A stretch of DNA of 62,501 bases, taken from a virus (taxonomy: Duplodnaviria > Caudoviricetes). The first letter of the stretch is position 1. Every line of letters starts with the position of its first letter. The position numbers and the translations under genes were made by a program. Shown in pieces: positions 35,426 through 44,531 of the stretch. The notes beneath the pieces are model-generated. The model did no database searches. It worked only from the letters and a program-made list of their open reading frames with translations, and had not been told where the DNA came from. Location: positions 1 through 62,501 of IMG/VR virus record IMGVR_UViG_3300017992_000027; one strand, given 5' to 3'.

Positions 35426-36082
35426 ATGGTAAACATAAACGATATGGATGGACCTGAGCAGGTCCCAGAGAACGTACTGCAAGCTATCTTTGAGAAGCAA
35501 TGGAAACTCGCAGAGAAATACAAAGATATTGAAGGGATGGAAGATCTGTTATCGGAGAAGCGCTTAAAGACAAATCTCGACACGCAATTTGGCCAGATCT
35601 GGCTGAAAGATTTCTGTTGGAGAGTGACTGAAGAATTAGCTGAGAGTATAGAGCCGGTCTACATGCATGAAGAACTAACAGACGAAATGCGTCAGCACTA
35701 CATTGAAGAGCTAGCTGATGCACTTCACTTCTTTGTTGAGCTGTGTATCATAGCAGGCTACTCAGAGAATGATTTCAAGAATATTGAAGACATCACTACA
35801 GAAGTCATCACAGAGATTGAAAACGAGAACGCTGATCAATTAGCTGCAAACCACTGGTCCGTAGTATATTATTTGGGACTGTTTGCCAATTGTTTGAAGC
35901 AAAAGAAGTGGAAGCAAACACATCAACTCACAGATCGCAAGAAGGCTTTCAGCAATTTGAACAAAGCGTACGAAGCGCTGATCATGGCAATGAAATTCGC
36001 CGGATGTACAGATGAGGATATCTACAGCTTCTATTTCAAAAAGAACGCTGTGAATCAATTCCGACAACGGAGTAACTATTAG
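35426..36082 (+). CDS. All-alpha dUTPase/dCTP pyrophosphatase (T4 gp56/MazG fold)
   Basis: EELAE, EELADALHF, Y..KNAVN.FRQ...Y; likely start MVNIND. Confidence 0.8.
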   Translation: MVNINDMDGPEQVPENVLQAIFEKQWKLAEKYKDIEGMEDLLSEKRLKTNLDTQFGQIWLKDFCWRVTEELAESIEPVYMHEELTDEMRQHYIEELADALHFFVELCIIAGYSENDFKNIEDITTEVITEIENENADQLAANHWSVVYYLGLFANCLKQKKWKQTHQLTDRKKAFSNLNKAYEALIMAMKFAGCTDEDIYSFYFKKNAVNQFRQRSNY

Positions 36083-36094
36083 GAGGAACACACT

Positions 36095-36340
36095 ATGCCA
36101 GAAGAAGAAAACAAAACAGAAGAAGTACACGTATTCGAAGAGACAAAGGAGAGCTTACATCTAGTCAAAGATAAGTTTGAGCTGAAAGTATCAACGGACA
36201 AGATTGAAGGCGCAACAGAACCAGATATCGTACTCATTGTGCAAAAGAAATTGCGCTGGAAAGGCAAGAAGCCCTACGACATGGCTGATTTCGAAATCGC
36301 GCAAGAAGAATTTGCAGCAGCGCTAATGGAGAGACGATGA
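36095..36340 (+). CDS. Hypothetical protein
   Basis: AGGAGG RBS; ATGA overlap with the next gene. Confidence 0.55.
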   Translation: MPEEENKTEEVHVFEETKESLHLVKDKFELKVSTDKIEGATEPDIVLIVQKKLRWKGKKPYDMADFEIAQEEFAAALMERR

Positions 36341-37104
36341 GAATCTATCAGAACATGAGAGAAGCCATGAATGAGATCAAACGTGATCTAGCTGAAATGG
36401 GAGTTGTCGTTAGACCACACACCATGCAGAATAAAGATGTGCGTGGCAATTCAGACTATGACACATTCGAGACGCAGAACTATTGCTACTGCATTCTAGA
36501 CATGGGTGATAAAGATAGACTTGTGCCACATCTTGAATGGTGCAAGGCTGAGCACGCTGAAAGAGTTGATCCAAACTACATGAATCCTGGTAAAGCTTGG
36601 GAGCTACGTGCAGATGTGTGGAAAGAGTTCCTTCGGCCAATCAAAGATATGATCGACGCGCCAGAGTACAAAGATGACGGAAGGTTCTGGGACCACGTTC
36701 CACCTAACGTTGAAGATGATTACATGGTGTTCGAATACACATACAACGAACGACTTCAGTGGCAGATTGCTGGTATCGTAGAAGAGCTCAAAGTAAACCC
36801 GGACACAAGACAAGCAATAATTCAAGTGCATAACAGAGAAGTAGACGCATCAAGAATGCGCAAGTTTAGAATACCTTGTTCGATGTCATACCAGTTCATG
36901 ATCCGAGGCGGAAAGTTAGATGTGATCTACTACCTACGAAGCTCAGACTACAACACACACCTTGCACACGACCTCTGGCTTTGCGATGAATTAAGAAATC
37001 ACATTGCTAAGGAAATAGGAGTACCACCTGGAATACTCTTCTGTAATGAAGGAAGCTTACACGTCTACAAAAATTATGGAGGGAAGGAAGAGCACATCTT
37101 CTAA
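36337..37104 (+). CDS. Thymidylate-synthase-superfamily enzyme, probably dCMP (hydroxy)methylase
   Basis: PDTRQA, catalytic RIPCS, YQF.IR, RSSDYNTHLAHD (Asp at the E. coli ThyA Asn177 position), SLHVY. Confidence 0.8.
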   Translation: MRIYQNMREAMNEIKRDLAEMGVVVRPHTMQNKDVRGNSDYDTFETQNYCYCILDMGDKDRLVPHLEWCKAEHAERVDPNYMNPGKAWELRADVWKEFLRPIKDMIDAPEYKDDGRFWDHVPPNVEDDYMVFEYTYNERLQWQIAGIVEELKVNPDTRQAIIQVHNREVDASRMRKFRIPCSMSYQFMIRGGKLDVIYYLRSSDYNTHLAHDLWLCDELRNHIAKEIGVPPGILFCNEGSLHVYKNYGGKEEHIF

Positions 37105-37110
37105 AGCACT

Positions 37111-37431
37111 ATGTTAAACAAGAAAGAGAAGGAAATGATGGCTTCATTTGAAGCTAGAGTTGAATGGTTCGAAAAGAAAACATCTGAGTTACGAGATGAA
37201 GTACGAACTCACAAAGACGAGAAAGAGCAAGCTCAGAAAGAGCTTAAGACATATCAAGACAAACTCATTGGTGAGGTAGGATGGCTACGTGCACTTGTGT
37301 CTAGTACGTTCGCACGTGAGACTATGATGAAAGAACCCAATGGTGTAGTACACAGATCTTGGTCTTCTCCAATCGAGGAAACAACCTACAAGAGATGGCC
37401 TTTGCCACATAACCACAACAGAGGTTACTAA
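37111..37431 (+). CDS. Coiled-coil hypothetical protein
   Basis: 106-aa ORF in operon. Confidence 0.5.
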   Translation: MLNKKEKEMMASFEARVEWFEKKTSELRDEVRTHKDEKEQAQKELKTYQDKLIGEVGWLRALVSSTFARETMMKEPNGVVHRSWSSPIEETTYKRWPLPHNHNRGY

Positions 37432-37432
37432 A

Positions 37433-37873
37433 ATGAGTGAACAGACAAGGTTGAACCGAGATGAATATTTCATGGCACAAGCGCTTATGGCAAGTTTGCG
37501 TAGTACGTGCGATAGAGCAAGAGTTGGATGTGTCATTGTAAATGACAAGAAAGTTCTTGCTACAGGATACAATGGTAGTAAATCCGGCGAACCGCATTGC
37601 GACGAGGCTGGACATGAAATGGTTGATGGACATTGTGTTCGCACAATTCATGCAGAAAGAAACGCTATATCTAGAGCATGGACTGACGTGCAAGGTGCAA
37701 CTGTGTATGTCACTCATTCTCCTTGTCGAGACTGTTATGCTTTGTTGAAGGAAGCAGAGGTTGGGAGGATCGTCGCTCTTATACCATACGGACAAGTACC
37801 AGATGACGTTGAGTTTGTTCACTCAGCATTCTTAGAAAAGTTACATAAGCTCGGTCTGGAGGTGTTCCCATGA
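37433..37873 (+). CDS. dCMP deaminase (ComEB-like)
   Basis: RSTC.RA.VGC, TGYNG, HAERNA, PCRDC. Confidence 0.92.
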   Translation: MSEQTRLNRDEYFMAQALMASLRSTCDRARVGCVIVNDKKVLATGYNGSKSGEPHCDEAGHEMVDGHCVRTIHAERNAISRAWTDVQGATVYVTHSPCRDCYALLKEAEVGRIVALIPYGQVPDDVEFVHSAFLEKLHKLGLEVFP

Positions 37874-39153
37874 CTGAACTGTGGAACTTACTAGACGAGC
37901 TAGAAGCTACAAGCGGTAAAGCTAAGCAGGGTGTGTTAAAACGCATCCTCTCTCTTCCAGATGGAGAAGAATATATTCGGTGGGTATTCAATGGAGTTGT
38001 GTACGGTTTGAGCGATCAGACTTTAGCTACAACGTTCAATGCGGATATTCGGCCAGACGTAACAATCAATATGATGGAGCAAGCAACCGGAAATGATTCT
38101 GAGTTCTCCGCTATTGATCCCAGTCATGTAACAGGTCATGCACTACAAGAGTTCCTCAAAAGTTCATTCATTGATTTTTCCCCTAGAAAAACAAAATGGA
38201 TAGCGCGTGGCCTGTTGCATGATCTTAAATCTGGTGCAACGATTAAGACAGTCAACAAGGTTCTTCGCTCAATGAAGAAAGAAGAGATCTATGTATTTGA
38301 AGTACAGCTCGCAGGAAAGTGGGAGAAAGCAAAGTTCGACTACCCAGTATTTGTAGAAGAAAAGTACGATGGTGTTCGTGCGTATGTAGAAGTCAAAAAC
38401 GGTAATGTTCAGATCACAAGCAGACACGGTAATTCGCTCTTAGAGAAGTTTCCAAAGATCGCAGCGCACTTGGCCACTTTATTCCCTAAGGAACACGTCA
38501 TCTTAGACGGAGAGATCGTCAGTACAGACTTTCAACTACTCTCTACGCGTGTTCATAGGAATGAAGCAGACAATGATATACCACTCAAGTATGTAGTGTT
38601 TGACTGCCTCTGGTATGGAGAAGACGATGTGTCAAAAAGAAATCAACACGACCGTAGACATTTCGTTGAAGCATGCTGCTACGGAGCAGACGAGGATATT
38701 GTATGTGAAAGCAATTTGATCAAAGCTCAGAATGAAGAAGAGCTTGACACGTTCTATAGCGAAATCATCAGTAAAGGTGGAGAGGGTGTGATTGTAAAGA
38801 ACTTGGACAAACCATACGAATCTGGATCGAGAAAACATTGGTGGAAAAGGAAACCGAAACACACAGTCGACCTAAAGATCTATGATTTTGAAATGGGTAA
38901 CGGTAGAAAGTCCAATGTAATTGGCAGTCTTCATTTGATAGATAAGAGTGAAGAGATCAAGTGTAGAGTTGGAAGCGGACTTTCAGATGATTGGAGCCAA
39001 ACGCTTACAGAAATGCATGAGAAAGGAGAGCTCATTGGAAAAATCGTAGAGATTGAATACTTTGAGATAACTCGCACAAACGGAATCCGGTTTCCAAGGT
39101 TCATCACCTTACGAACAGATAAGTCTGAACCAGATCGGATCCAAGTAGGTTGA
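37870..39153 (+). CDS. lig: ATP-dependent DNA ligase
   Basis: EEKYDGVR, LDGEI, VFD, EGVIVK, W.K.K, VGSG, RFPRF motifs. Confidence 0.95.
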   Translation: MTELWNLLDELEATSGKAKQGVLKRILSLPDGEEYIRWVFNGVVYGLSDQTLATTFNADIRPDVTINMMEQATGNDSEFSAIDPSHVTGHALQEFLKSSFIDFSPRKTKWIARGLLHDLKSGATIKTVNKVLRSMKKEEIYVFEVQLAGKWEKAKFDYPVFVEEKYDGVRAYVEVKNGNVQITSRHGNSLLEKFPKIAAHLATLFPKEHVILDGEIVSTDFQLLSTRVHRNEADNDIPLKYVVFDCLWYGEDDVSKRNQHDRRHFVEACCYGADEDIVCESNLIKAQNEEELDTFYSEIISKGGEGVIVKNLDKPYESGSRKHWWKRKPKHTVDLKIYDFEMGNGRKSNVIGSLHLIDKSEEIKCRVGSGLSDDWSQTLTEMHEKGELIGKIVEIEYFEITRTNGIRFPRFITLRTDKSEPDRIQVG

Positions 39154-39350
39154 TCAAGATGACAAGAGTTAAATGTCCTGGAATACGGAGAAAAGATGGA
39201 AGCTCAGCTGGATGTGGTAGTAAAGTTTTCAGACTAGATGATACAGCAACAAGGTTAGAAGTACAGTGCAACAAGTGTGGTAATCTCATGCTTGGATTCG
39301 ATAAGAAAAAACAAGGCGATGGGAACACAAAGCAGCGAGACGAGATTTAG
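39150..39350 (+). CDS. Zn-ribbon protein
   Basis: CPG...CGS...CNKC. Confidence 0.5.
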   Translation: MIKMTRVKCPGIRRKDGSSAGCGSKVFRLDDTATRLEVQCNKCGNLMLGFDKKKQGDGNTKQRDEI

Positions 39351-39777
39351 AAACAGTTTAAACTATTCTTTTAGAGAGAACCGCGACGCAATCTGGTTTT
39401 TAAAGCTCCAAGTGAATGTACACGCACACACACGGAATGTTGCAGACTTCTTAATTCACACACGTGATCTACATGCAGTTGAGATCAAAGAGATAAAGAA
39501 GAGCGATCGCTTTGCATTCAAGAGGCTTTCACAAGATGAAGAGCTTAGCATATTTCACAACCCAATACAGAGGCGGAAGGGTTGGGTGTTGTTGAATTTC
39601 TGGAAAGGTAGGATGACGAAGAGTCCTTCTTTTCTAATACCATACCCAGACTTCGTAAAACTGAGGAATTCTGTTAACAAAAAGAGTGCAAACATTAAGG
39701 ATATTCGTGCACTCTTGCCGCATACTGAATTACAAAATAATGGAAAGTACTGGGAGCTGTACGGGTGGTTCGTATGA
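39319..39777 (+). CDS. Holliday junction resolvase-like PD-(D/E)XK nuclease (RecU-like)
   Basis: E..F.NS, ADFL, AVEIK; likely start MGTQSSE at 39319. Confidence 0.65.
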   Translation: MGTQSSETRFRNSLNYSFRENRDAIWFLKLQVNVHAHTRNVADFLIHTRDLHAVEIKEIKKSDRFAFKRLSQDEELSIFHNPIQRRKGWVLLNFWKGRMTKSPSFLIPYPDFVKLRNSVNKKSANIKDIRALLPHTELQNNGKYWELYGWFV

Positions 39778-40514
39778 AGTGTGAAATTTGTGGGGAAGAA
39801 TTTTCACATAAGCGTTGGAACCAAAAGACGTGTTCGAAAAAGTGTAGCCGAGCTCTTCAGACAATTCGAGATGTAGTAACAAAACACTCAAAGAACGAAG
39901 AACGTTTGAAGAAGATCAGAGAAGAACGTAGAAAATGGAGAGAGCAGAATTACATCAAAGCACGGCAACTATCACATGAGTGGAGTAAGAAGAAGAGTGA
40001 GGAAATGAAAGCGATTCAAAGAGGTCTTGAGCAGATTGACCCAGATGAATTATTGAAAATGGTGAAAGAGCAGATGGAAGTAGAAAAGAAGAAATGCAAA
40101 TTTACATCCTGGATGTTGAACCCAACGAAAGGCTACCCAGTGCGATTCATTGTCGGAGAGCGCCCAGGTGAGAGACCGGCTCATATGATAAAAAGCAAAT
40201 GCTGGACTGTCACGAGATCAGGTGAGTTAATGTCGAAGGGATTAGCAGGATTGAATAATGTTTGGATGACGAATATCATTCTCAATGAGACGAGAACCCA
40301 AGACGGAATCAAGAGACTTCAGAAAGAAGCCGATAAGCATAAACCAACGATGATCATTTGCCTTGGAAAGTTTGCGGCTAAGCATGTCAAGAAGATCAAG
40401 ACTGGTGCGGAGATCATTGAGATGCATCACCCTAGCTACATGCGCCGTTTCAAGCCAGATAAGATCACCGAGTATTTATATAAAATACGAGGCTTGCTTT
40501 CTAAGGCCGTTTAA
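39774..40514 (+). CDS. Zn-finger plus uracil-DNA-glycosylase-superfamily fusion
   Basis: CEIC..CSKKC N-terminus; FIVGERPG, SG..M, WMTNI, IICLGK.A, HHPSY (family-4-like UDG motifs). Confidence 0.7.
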   Translation: MKCEICGEEFSHKRWNQKTCSKKCSRALQTIRDVVTKHSKNEERLKKIREERRKWREQNYIKARQLSHEWSKKKSEEMKAIQRGLEQIDPDELLKMVKEQMEVEKKKCKFTSWMLNPTKGYPVRFIVGERPGERPAHMIKSKCWTVTRSGELMSKGLAGLNNVWMTNIILNETRTQDGIKRLQKEADKHKPTMIICLGKFAAKHVKKIKTGAEIIEMHHPSYMRRFKPDKITEYLYKIRGLLSKAV

Positions 40515-40688
40515 AGCCGCGCTAATGGACGCGATTGTTTATCCATGTGTTACCATTGGGGGGACCCGTTGCGTCCATTATACCTATTCTTTTCTATATG
40601 GTTAATGTATACATTAGGAATAATCAAGTGGATCCATCAAGAACACCCTCCGAGAAAGGTTTATATATACCAATAGAGGAGTATATTT

Positions 40689-41162
40689 ATGGCACACGCA
40701 AGCTCAATGGAAAGACTCAAGAAGCACATGAAGAAGCTTCGAAAGCAAGGGAAGCACAGAGATCGAGGGAAAGCACGAATGACATTGGAGAGTCGATATC
40801 TGAGTCTGAAACATGACAAGGAAAACAACCAGTTGCCGCCGTATCGATTCAAAGAACTCGAGAGACTCGAGCAAGATCTTGCTCAACTCAAGAGGGAAGA
40901 GCTCGAAGAAAGACATGCTGAATCAAAAGCTGAAAGAGAGTTTGCATTCGAAAAAGCTTCAGAGAAATTGAAAGAGCAGCTTGAGAAGAGAGCCATCAAT
41001 CTATCAGCATTAGATGGGCTCGTTGAGAAAGACGCGATCAAAAGATCAAAAAAGAAAGTACGTCGTGCTGAGAAGCAGATTGCTAAGTGGCAAGAAAAGA
41101 AAGAAGAAGCAAAAAAAGAATTAGATGATTTCTTAGAGAAAATTCATTCTCTGTCAAAGTGA
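40689..41162 (+). CDS. Highly charged coiled-coil protein
   Basis: Own AAAGGTTTATATA promoter and GAGGAG RBS. Confidence 0.6.
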   Translation: MAHASSMERLKKHMKKLRKQGKHRDRGKARMTLESRYLSLKHDKENNQLPPYRFKELERLEQDLAQLKREELEERHAESKAEREFAFEKASEKLKEQLEKRAINLSALDGLVEKDAIKRSKKKVRRAEKQIAKWQEKKEEAKKELDDFLEKIHSLSK

Positions 41163-41401
41163 GCACGAATTACATCGATCCATCTCTTCGCTACTGAACG
41201 AAAGATCGGGATGATTGCCGTGACCAATTCAACGATTTGTAGAACGAGGTTATAGATCTGTTTGACCATGAACCAGATATCAACCACGAGGTCTCTGGTT
41301 TCAAGGTATGTGTCTTTAACTTCGGCCCACAGATTAGCGAAGTAGTTCAAGTCAACTCCTTTCACTGCTTCAGCATGATATCCGCTTTTTACCGTTTTCA
41401 T
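41144..41401 (-). CDS. Hydrophobic/amphipathic protein, lysis-module candidate
   Basis: Last gene of the late operon; amphipathic helices. Confidence 0.45.
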   Translation of the reverse strand: MKTVKSGYHAEAVKGVDLNYFANLWAEVKDTYLETRDLVVDIWFMVKQIYNLVLQIVELVTAIIPIFRSVAKRWIDVIRAHFDRE

Positions 41402-41817
41402 TTTTTGTTACCTCCATTGTGTTGCACAATCTGTTTCATGTGCCTTTGCGCTTTTGAAACTTCCTTCATCATCTTTGGTCTAAATTTCTGGTCTCCCGGG
41501 CTGATGCTGGCATAGATGAAGTAAGTTAGTGCTACGATCAATAAAATCTTTGGAACGATCAGAATGCAAGGAATCTTCATTATCTCTGAGATATTTGGGC
41601 TGAATATACCATATTCCGAAGTCGTTACTGTCATGAAAAACGTTGTGTCTATCAAAACCGCTATCAGCAAAAGCCACACGCCTCTGATCACGCTCGTCTT
41701 CTTCATCTCGAAATAGGCTTTTCCGTACAAATATACTGCTATCAACGCTGCAATCATTACGGTGAAATATACACCGAGAACTAGTAAATGCGGTATTCCG
41801 AATTCTATCATTGTCAT
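41398..41817 (-). CDS. Three-TM membrane protein, holin candidate
   Basis: Three hydrophobic helices and a basic C-tail. Confidence 0.55.
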   Translation of the reverse strand: MTMIEFGIPHLLVLGVYFTVMIAALIAVYLYGKAYFEMKKTSVIRGVWLLLIAVLIDTTFFMTVTTSEYGIFSPNISEIMKIPCILIVPKILLIVALTYFIYASISPGDQKFRPKMMKEVSKAQRHMKQIVQHNGGNKK

Positions 41818-41833
41818 TGATCTCTTTCATAAT

Positions 41834-42121
41834 CTATCCTGGAATAAAGAAGGAAGCGATCTTCGGAGCACCTAGAGCTACCATCAATGCTCCAATCAAT
41901 ATCAAGATCAGCCACCAATATTTATCTGTCAATACTTGTAATTTAGCCATCACTGTGTGATGATTTGTTTGGTCTCGTTCAGCATGAAGAATGTTGTGAT
42001 CATTCAGTGTTTTCAGGTTATCTTTGAGGTGCTCAAGTGTTTGCGCTGTTTGCTTTTGAGCTTGGCTAATTTCTCCGATGGCTTGAGCGATCATCAAGTT
42101 TGTATCTTGTTTGGTTGCCAT
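41834..42121 (-). CDS. Coiled-coil plus C-terminal TM protein (XhlA-like lysis protein)
   Basis: Heptad region followed by YWWLILILIGALMVALG. Confidence 0.55.
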   Translation of the reverse strand: MATKQDTNLMIAQAIGEISQAQKQTAQTLEHLKDNLKTLNDHNILHAERDQTNHHTVMAKLQVLTDKYWWLILILIGALMVALGAPKIASFFIPG

Positions 42122-42961
42122 CTATCTAATCGTGCCAGTCCACGCCTCCAAGAAATTCTTTTGTAAGAGTTTGTAGCTTACCCAACCATATCCACTCTTA
42201 CCCCAACGAGTCCCCCAAGAGTTCTGGAATAAGATCGCTCCAGTTGTTCCGTCAGGATTTGGATGTGTATCGTCGTAACCACAAGCTAAGAGTGCATGTC
42301 CTCCAGCATTCCTACCAGTGTGCGGAACGTCTCCACTTCTTGGTGTATTGAAGATCGTGTCATACACAAACATTCCGAATGCAACCGGCTTCTCTTGAGC
42401 TAGTGCAGTCTTCATACCTTCAACACTATACACTCTGTTGTAGCTCTTCAATCTCCATAAACCTGAGAACCAAAACGCTATTCTTGCAGGATCATCATTA
42501 TATTTTGAAGTTTTATACGGCCATAATTGCTCTGGTGTAATTCCAACATTCTTACAAACCTTTGCTCCATCTCGTAAGAATTGTCCGCTGTCTTCTGGGT
42601 ATTGACCACCGTACGCATCTTGTCTAACGACATAGTAGTGAAACAATTCAGAAAGAGGCATATCATTCCAACTGATGCTATCCTTCTTTGCAAGATGTTC
42701 AGTCAAACTAGCAAAAGCATGCGAACCGCAGGATCCAATTGTGCCTTGATCCTTCACTGAAGGATTCCATTCACTAAGATCAACATTTTGAGGAAGCTCC
42801 GCTGCAGCTACAGCTTTCAATGCATAGATGTCATCTCGATCGTCTTTTGGACTTGCCTTTACGTTCAAGATGTATTTCTTCGTATGTTCAATCTCTCTGC
42901 TGTGCTTTCGAAAAGGTTTAAGCACGAGTGAGATGATTGATCTTGTTAGTTTTCTTATCAT
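42122..42961 (-). CDS. Papain-like cysteine peptidase (C1 family), candidate lysin
   Basis: VKDQGTIGSC, GGHA and QNSWG catalytic Cys/His/Asn motifs; likely start MIRKL. Confidence 0.85.
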   Translation of the reverse strand: MIRKLTRSIISLVLKPFRKHSREIEHTKKYILNVKASPKDDRDDIYALKAVAAAELPQNVDLSEWNPSVKDQGTIGSCGSHAFASLTEHLAKKDSISWNDMPLSELFHYYVVRQDAYGGQYPEDSGQFLRDGAKVCKNVGITPEQLWPYKTSKYNDDPARIAFWFSGLWRLKSYNRVYSVEGMKTALAQEKPVAFGMFVYDTIFNTPRSGDVPHTGRNAGGHALLACGYDDTHPNPDGTTGAILFQNSWGTRWGKSGYGWVSYKLLQKNFLEAWTGTIR

Positions 42962-42965
42962 AGTT

Positions 42966-43502
42966 CTACACTCCAAGTACGACTACACTTTCACACACAA
43001 TATCTTCCGTGTCGTCGTTCTGTCCTGTCAACTGAATGTAATTCAAGTTCGAAAAATCTAAGTCGCCTGTATCAAGCATGTACGTAACAGTCCATCCTAC
43101 ATCAAAGAAGCCGCTCGCACTACTTCCATCACGTACAATTGTCTTGTATAAAGTATTGCTAGCGAAAGCTGCGTTCTCACCTGCTCTTAGGCGTATGGTG
43201 GCGGTGTTGTTATTGTTCAGGCTGGCGTGTCCTGTGGCTATAACGATTATTCTGTCACTGACGGCGTCCGCAGCCACTTGCACTTCACCTATCTTTGATT
43301 CAGTGTTGCCTCCAGCAGTGCCTCCTGTTTGATCCTGTCCAACGAATCCTAATCCTCCTGCTATAGCTGCAAATCCTGAACCACTTCCAAGCTTCAATTC
43401 AGAATCATCGCTATCGTAGTAGATAACTCCTGCTGCGTCTGCTGGTGCACTTGCAGTAGGTGTTGGTTCGAGCTTGATCGCTCCTTTAACTATTCTTGTC
43501 AT
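42966..43502 (-). CDS. Tail adhesin/receptor-binding protein (type B module)
   Basis: PTPTASAP..G.IYYDSDD module plus beta-sandwich C-terminus. Confidence 0.6.
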   Translation of the reverse strand: MTRIVKGAIKLEPTPTASAPADAAGVIYYDSDDSELKLGSGSGFAAIAGGLGFVGQDQTGGTAGGNTESKIGEVQVAADAVSDRIIVIATGHASLNNNNTATIRLRAGENAAFASNTLYKTIVRDGSSASGFFDVGWTVTYMLDTGDLDFSNLNYIQLTGQNDDTEDIVCESVVVLGV

Positions 43503-44182
43503 TAGATTGTCCTCCCGTATAAACGAATGCTGCCGTTGAATAAGCCACTTCCTGATTCAGCGTAAAAGGAAAAGCTTGCAATTTGAGTACTTCCACCTAT
43601 AGCTATCTCACTTTGCACGAGCTGTTCGTTGTATGACGCAACTCCTTCACCAGTAAGTTGACCCATACCAGGAATTCTTCCTTTCGTATTATTCCAGAAT
43701 GTGTGGTGTCCTATAACAGGAATCAACGGGGTACCATCAATACGACCCATCTTTATCTGAGTCTGGCTTGTTTGTGTTGAAAACCCACTTGAGGTTGCAA
43801 ATCGCTGACTGTAAATTGTAGTACTAAGGCCATTCACTCGTAGAGCAAACACAATCACGTTGCTGTTGCTATCCCACAAGTTCCATTCAATTCTGATCTC
43901 GTCGTAAGCAGTATAATCTTCCGCTGTATTTAACGGACCAGATGCTGCACTGGGAGTAAGTTCTTCAACAAGAACCCATCCGAAAGCGTCTGCCTTCACC
44001 GGTACTGTTGCTCCGCTATCTCTGTATTTCAATTGTTCGTCTGTACTGTTGTACCAGACTTGTCCTTCAACAGGTGATCCAGGATCTGATGATTGATTGC
44101 TAAGTAGGATGTTTGTTCCAGCGACGTCTCCAGTAGCATTCACATCGCCTGTTACTTCTTTATCTCCGCGTGTTTCTACCAT
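43502..44182 (-). CDS. Tail fibre tip protein (type A module)
   Basis: SDPGSPVEGQVWYNSTD module; ends GSIRLYG. Confidence 0.65.
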   Translation of the reverse strand: MVETRGDKEVTGDVNATGDVAGTNILLSNQSSDPGSPVEGQVWYNSTDEQLKYRDSGATVPVKADAFGWVLVEELTPSAASGPLNTAEDYTAYDEIRIEWNLWDSNSNVIVFALRVNGLSTTIYSQRFATSSGFSTQTSQTQIKMGRIDGTPLIPVIGHHTFWNNTKGRIPGMGQLTGEGVASYNEQLVQSEIAIGGSTQIASFSFYAESGSGLFNGSIRLYGRTI

Positions 44183-44184
44183 TA

Positions 44185-44529
44185 TTATACCTCCTTGTCA
44201 TAAAATCTTCCTGCTTCTTTTTCTTCAACAAACATCTTATGAAGCATAAGTCTTCCATCATGAAGATCATCTGGAGTTGACTCGTTATCATCTTTGTCAA
44301 TTATAGTGAGCACTTCACTTTCTTGTTTGAAAACAATACTTTCAGATGGAGTCTCTCTTCCAATCCATGTTTCGCTCCAGTCAGCTGGCTCTTCGTCGAG
44401 TACTTCACTCCATACTCCAAGCAAACGTTCTATGAGCACATCATCATTGCCTGTGTCATCTAGACTGTTATCAACACAGGCAGTTCGTAACTCCTCTGTG
44501 CTGAATGCTAGAAATCCTTCTTCTGCCAT
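44185..44529 (-). CDS. SAP-domain-like protein
   Basis: STEELRTACVDNSLDDTGNDDVLIERL resembles the SAP motif. Confidence 0.45.
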   Translation of the reverse strand: MAEEGFLAFSTEELRTACVDNSLDDTGNDDVLIERLLGVWSEVLDEEPADWSETWIGRETPSESIVFKQESEVLTIIDKDDNESTPDDLHDGRLMLHKMFVEEKEAGRFYDKEV

Positions 44530-44531
44530 CT

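Noticed and set aside
36337-37104. Annotation as an ordinary thymidylate synthase ThyA
   Set aside because: The specificity residue is Asp rather than Asn and the G-x-P-F-N motif is replaced by HLAHD, so thyA was not assigned.
40535-40816. 93-aa plus-strand ORF
   Set aside because: It spans a hairpin and the promoter of the better-supported gene 40689-41162 and overlaps that gene out of frame.
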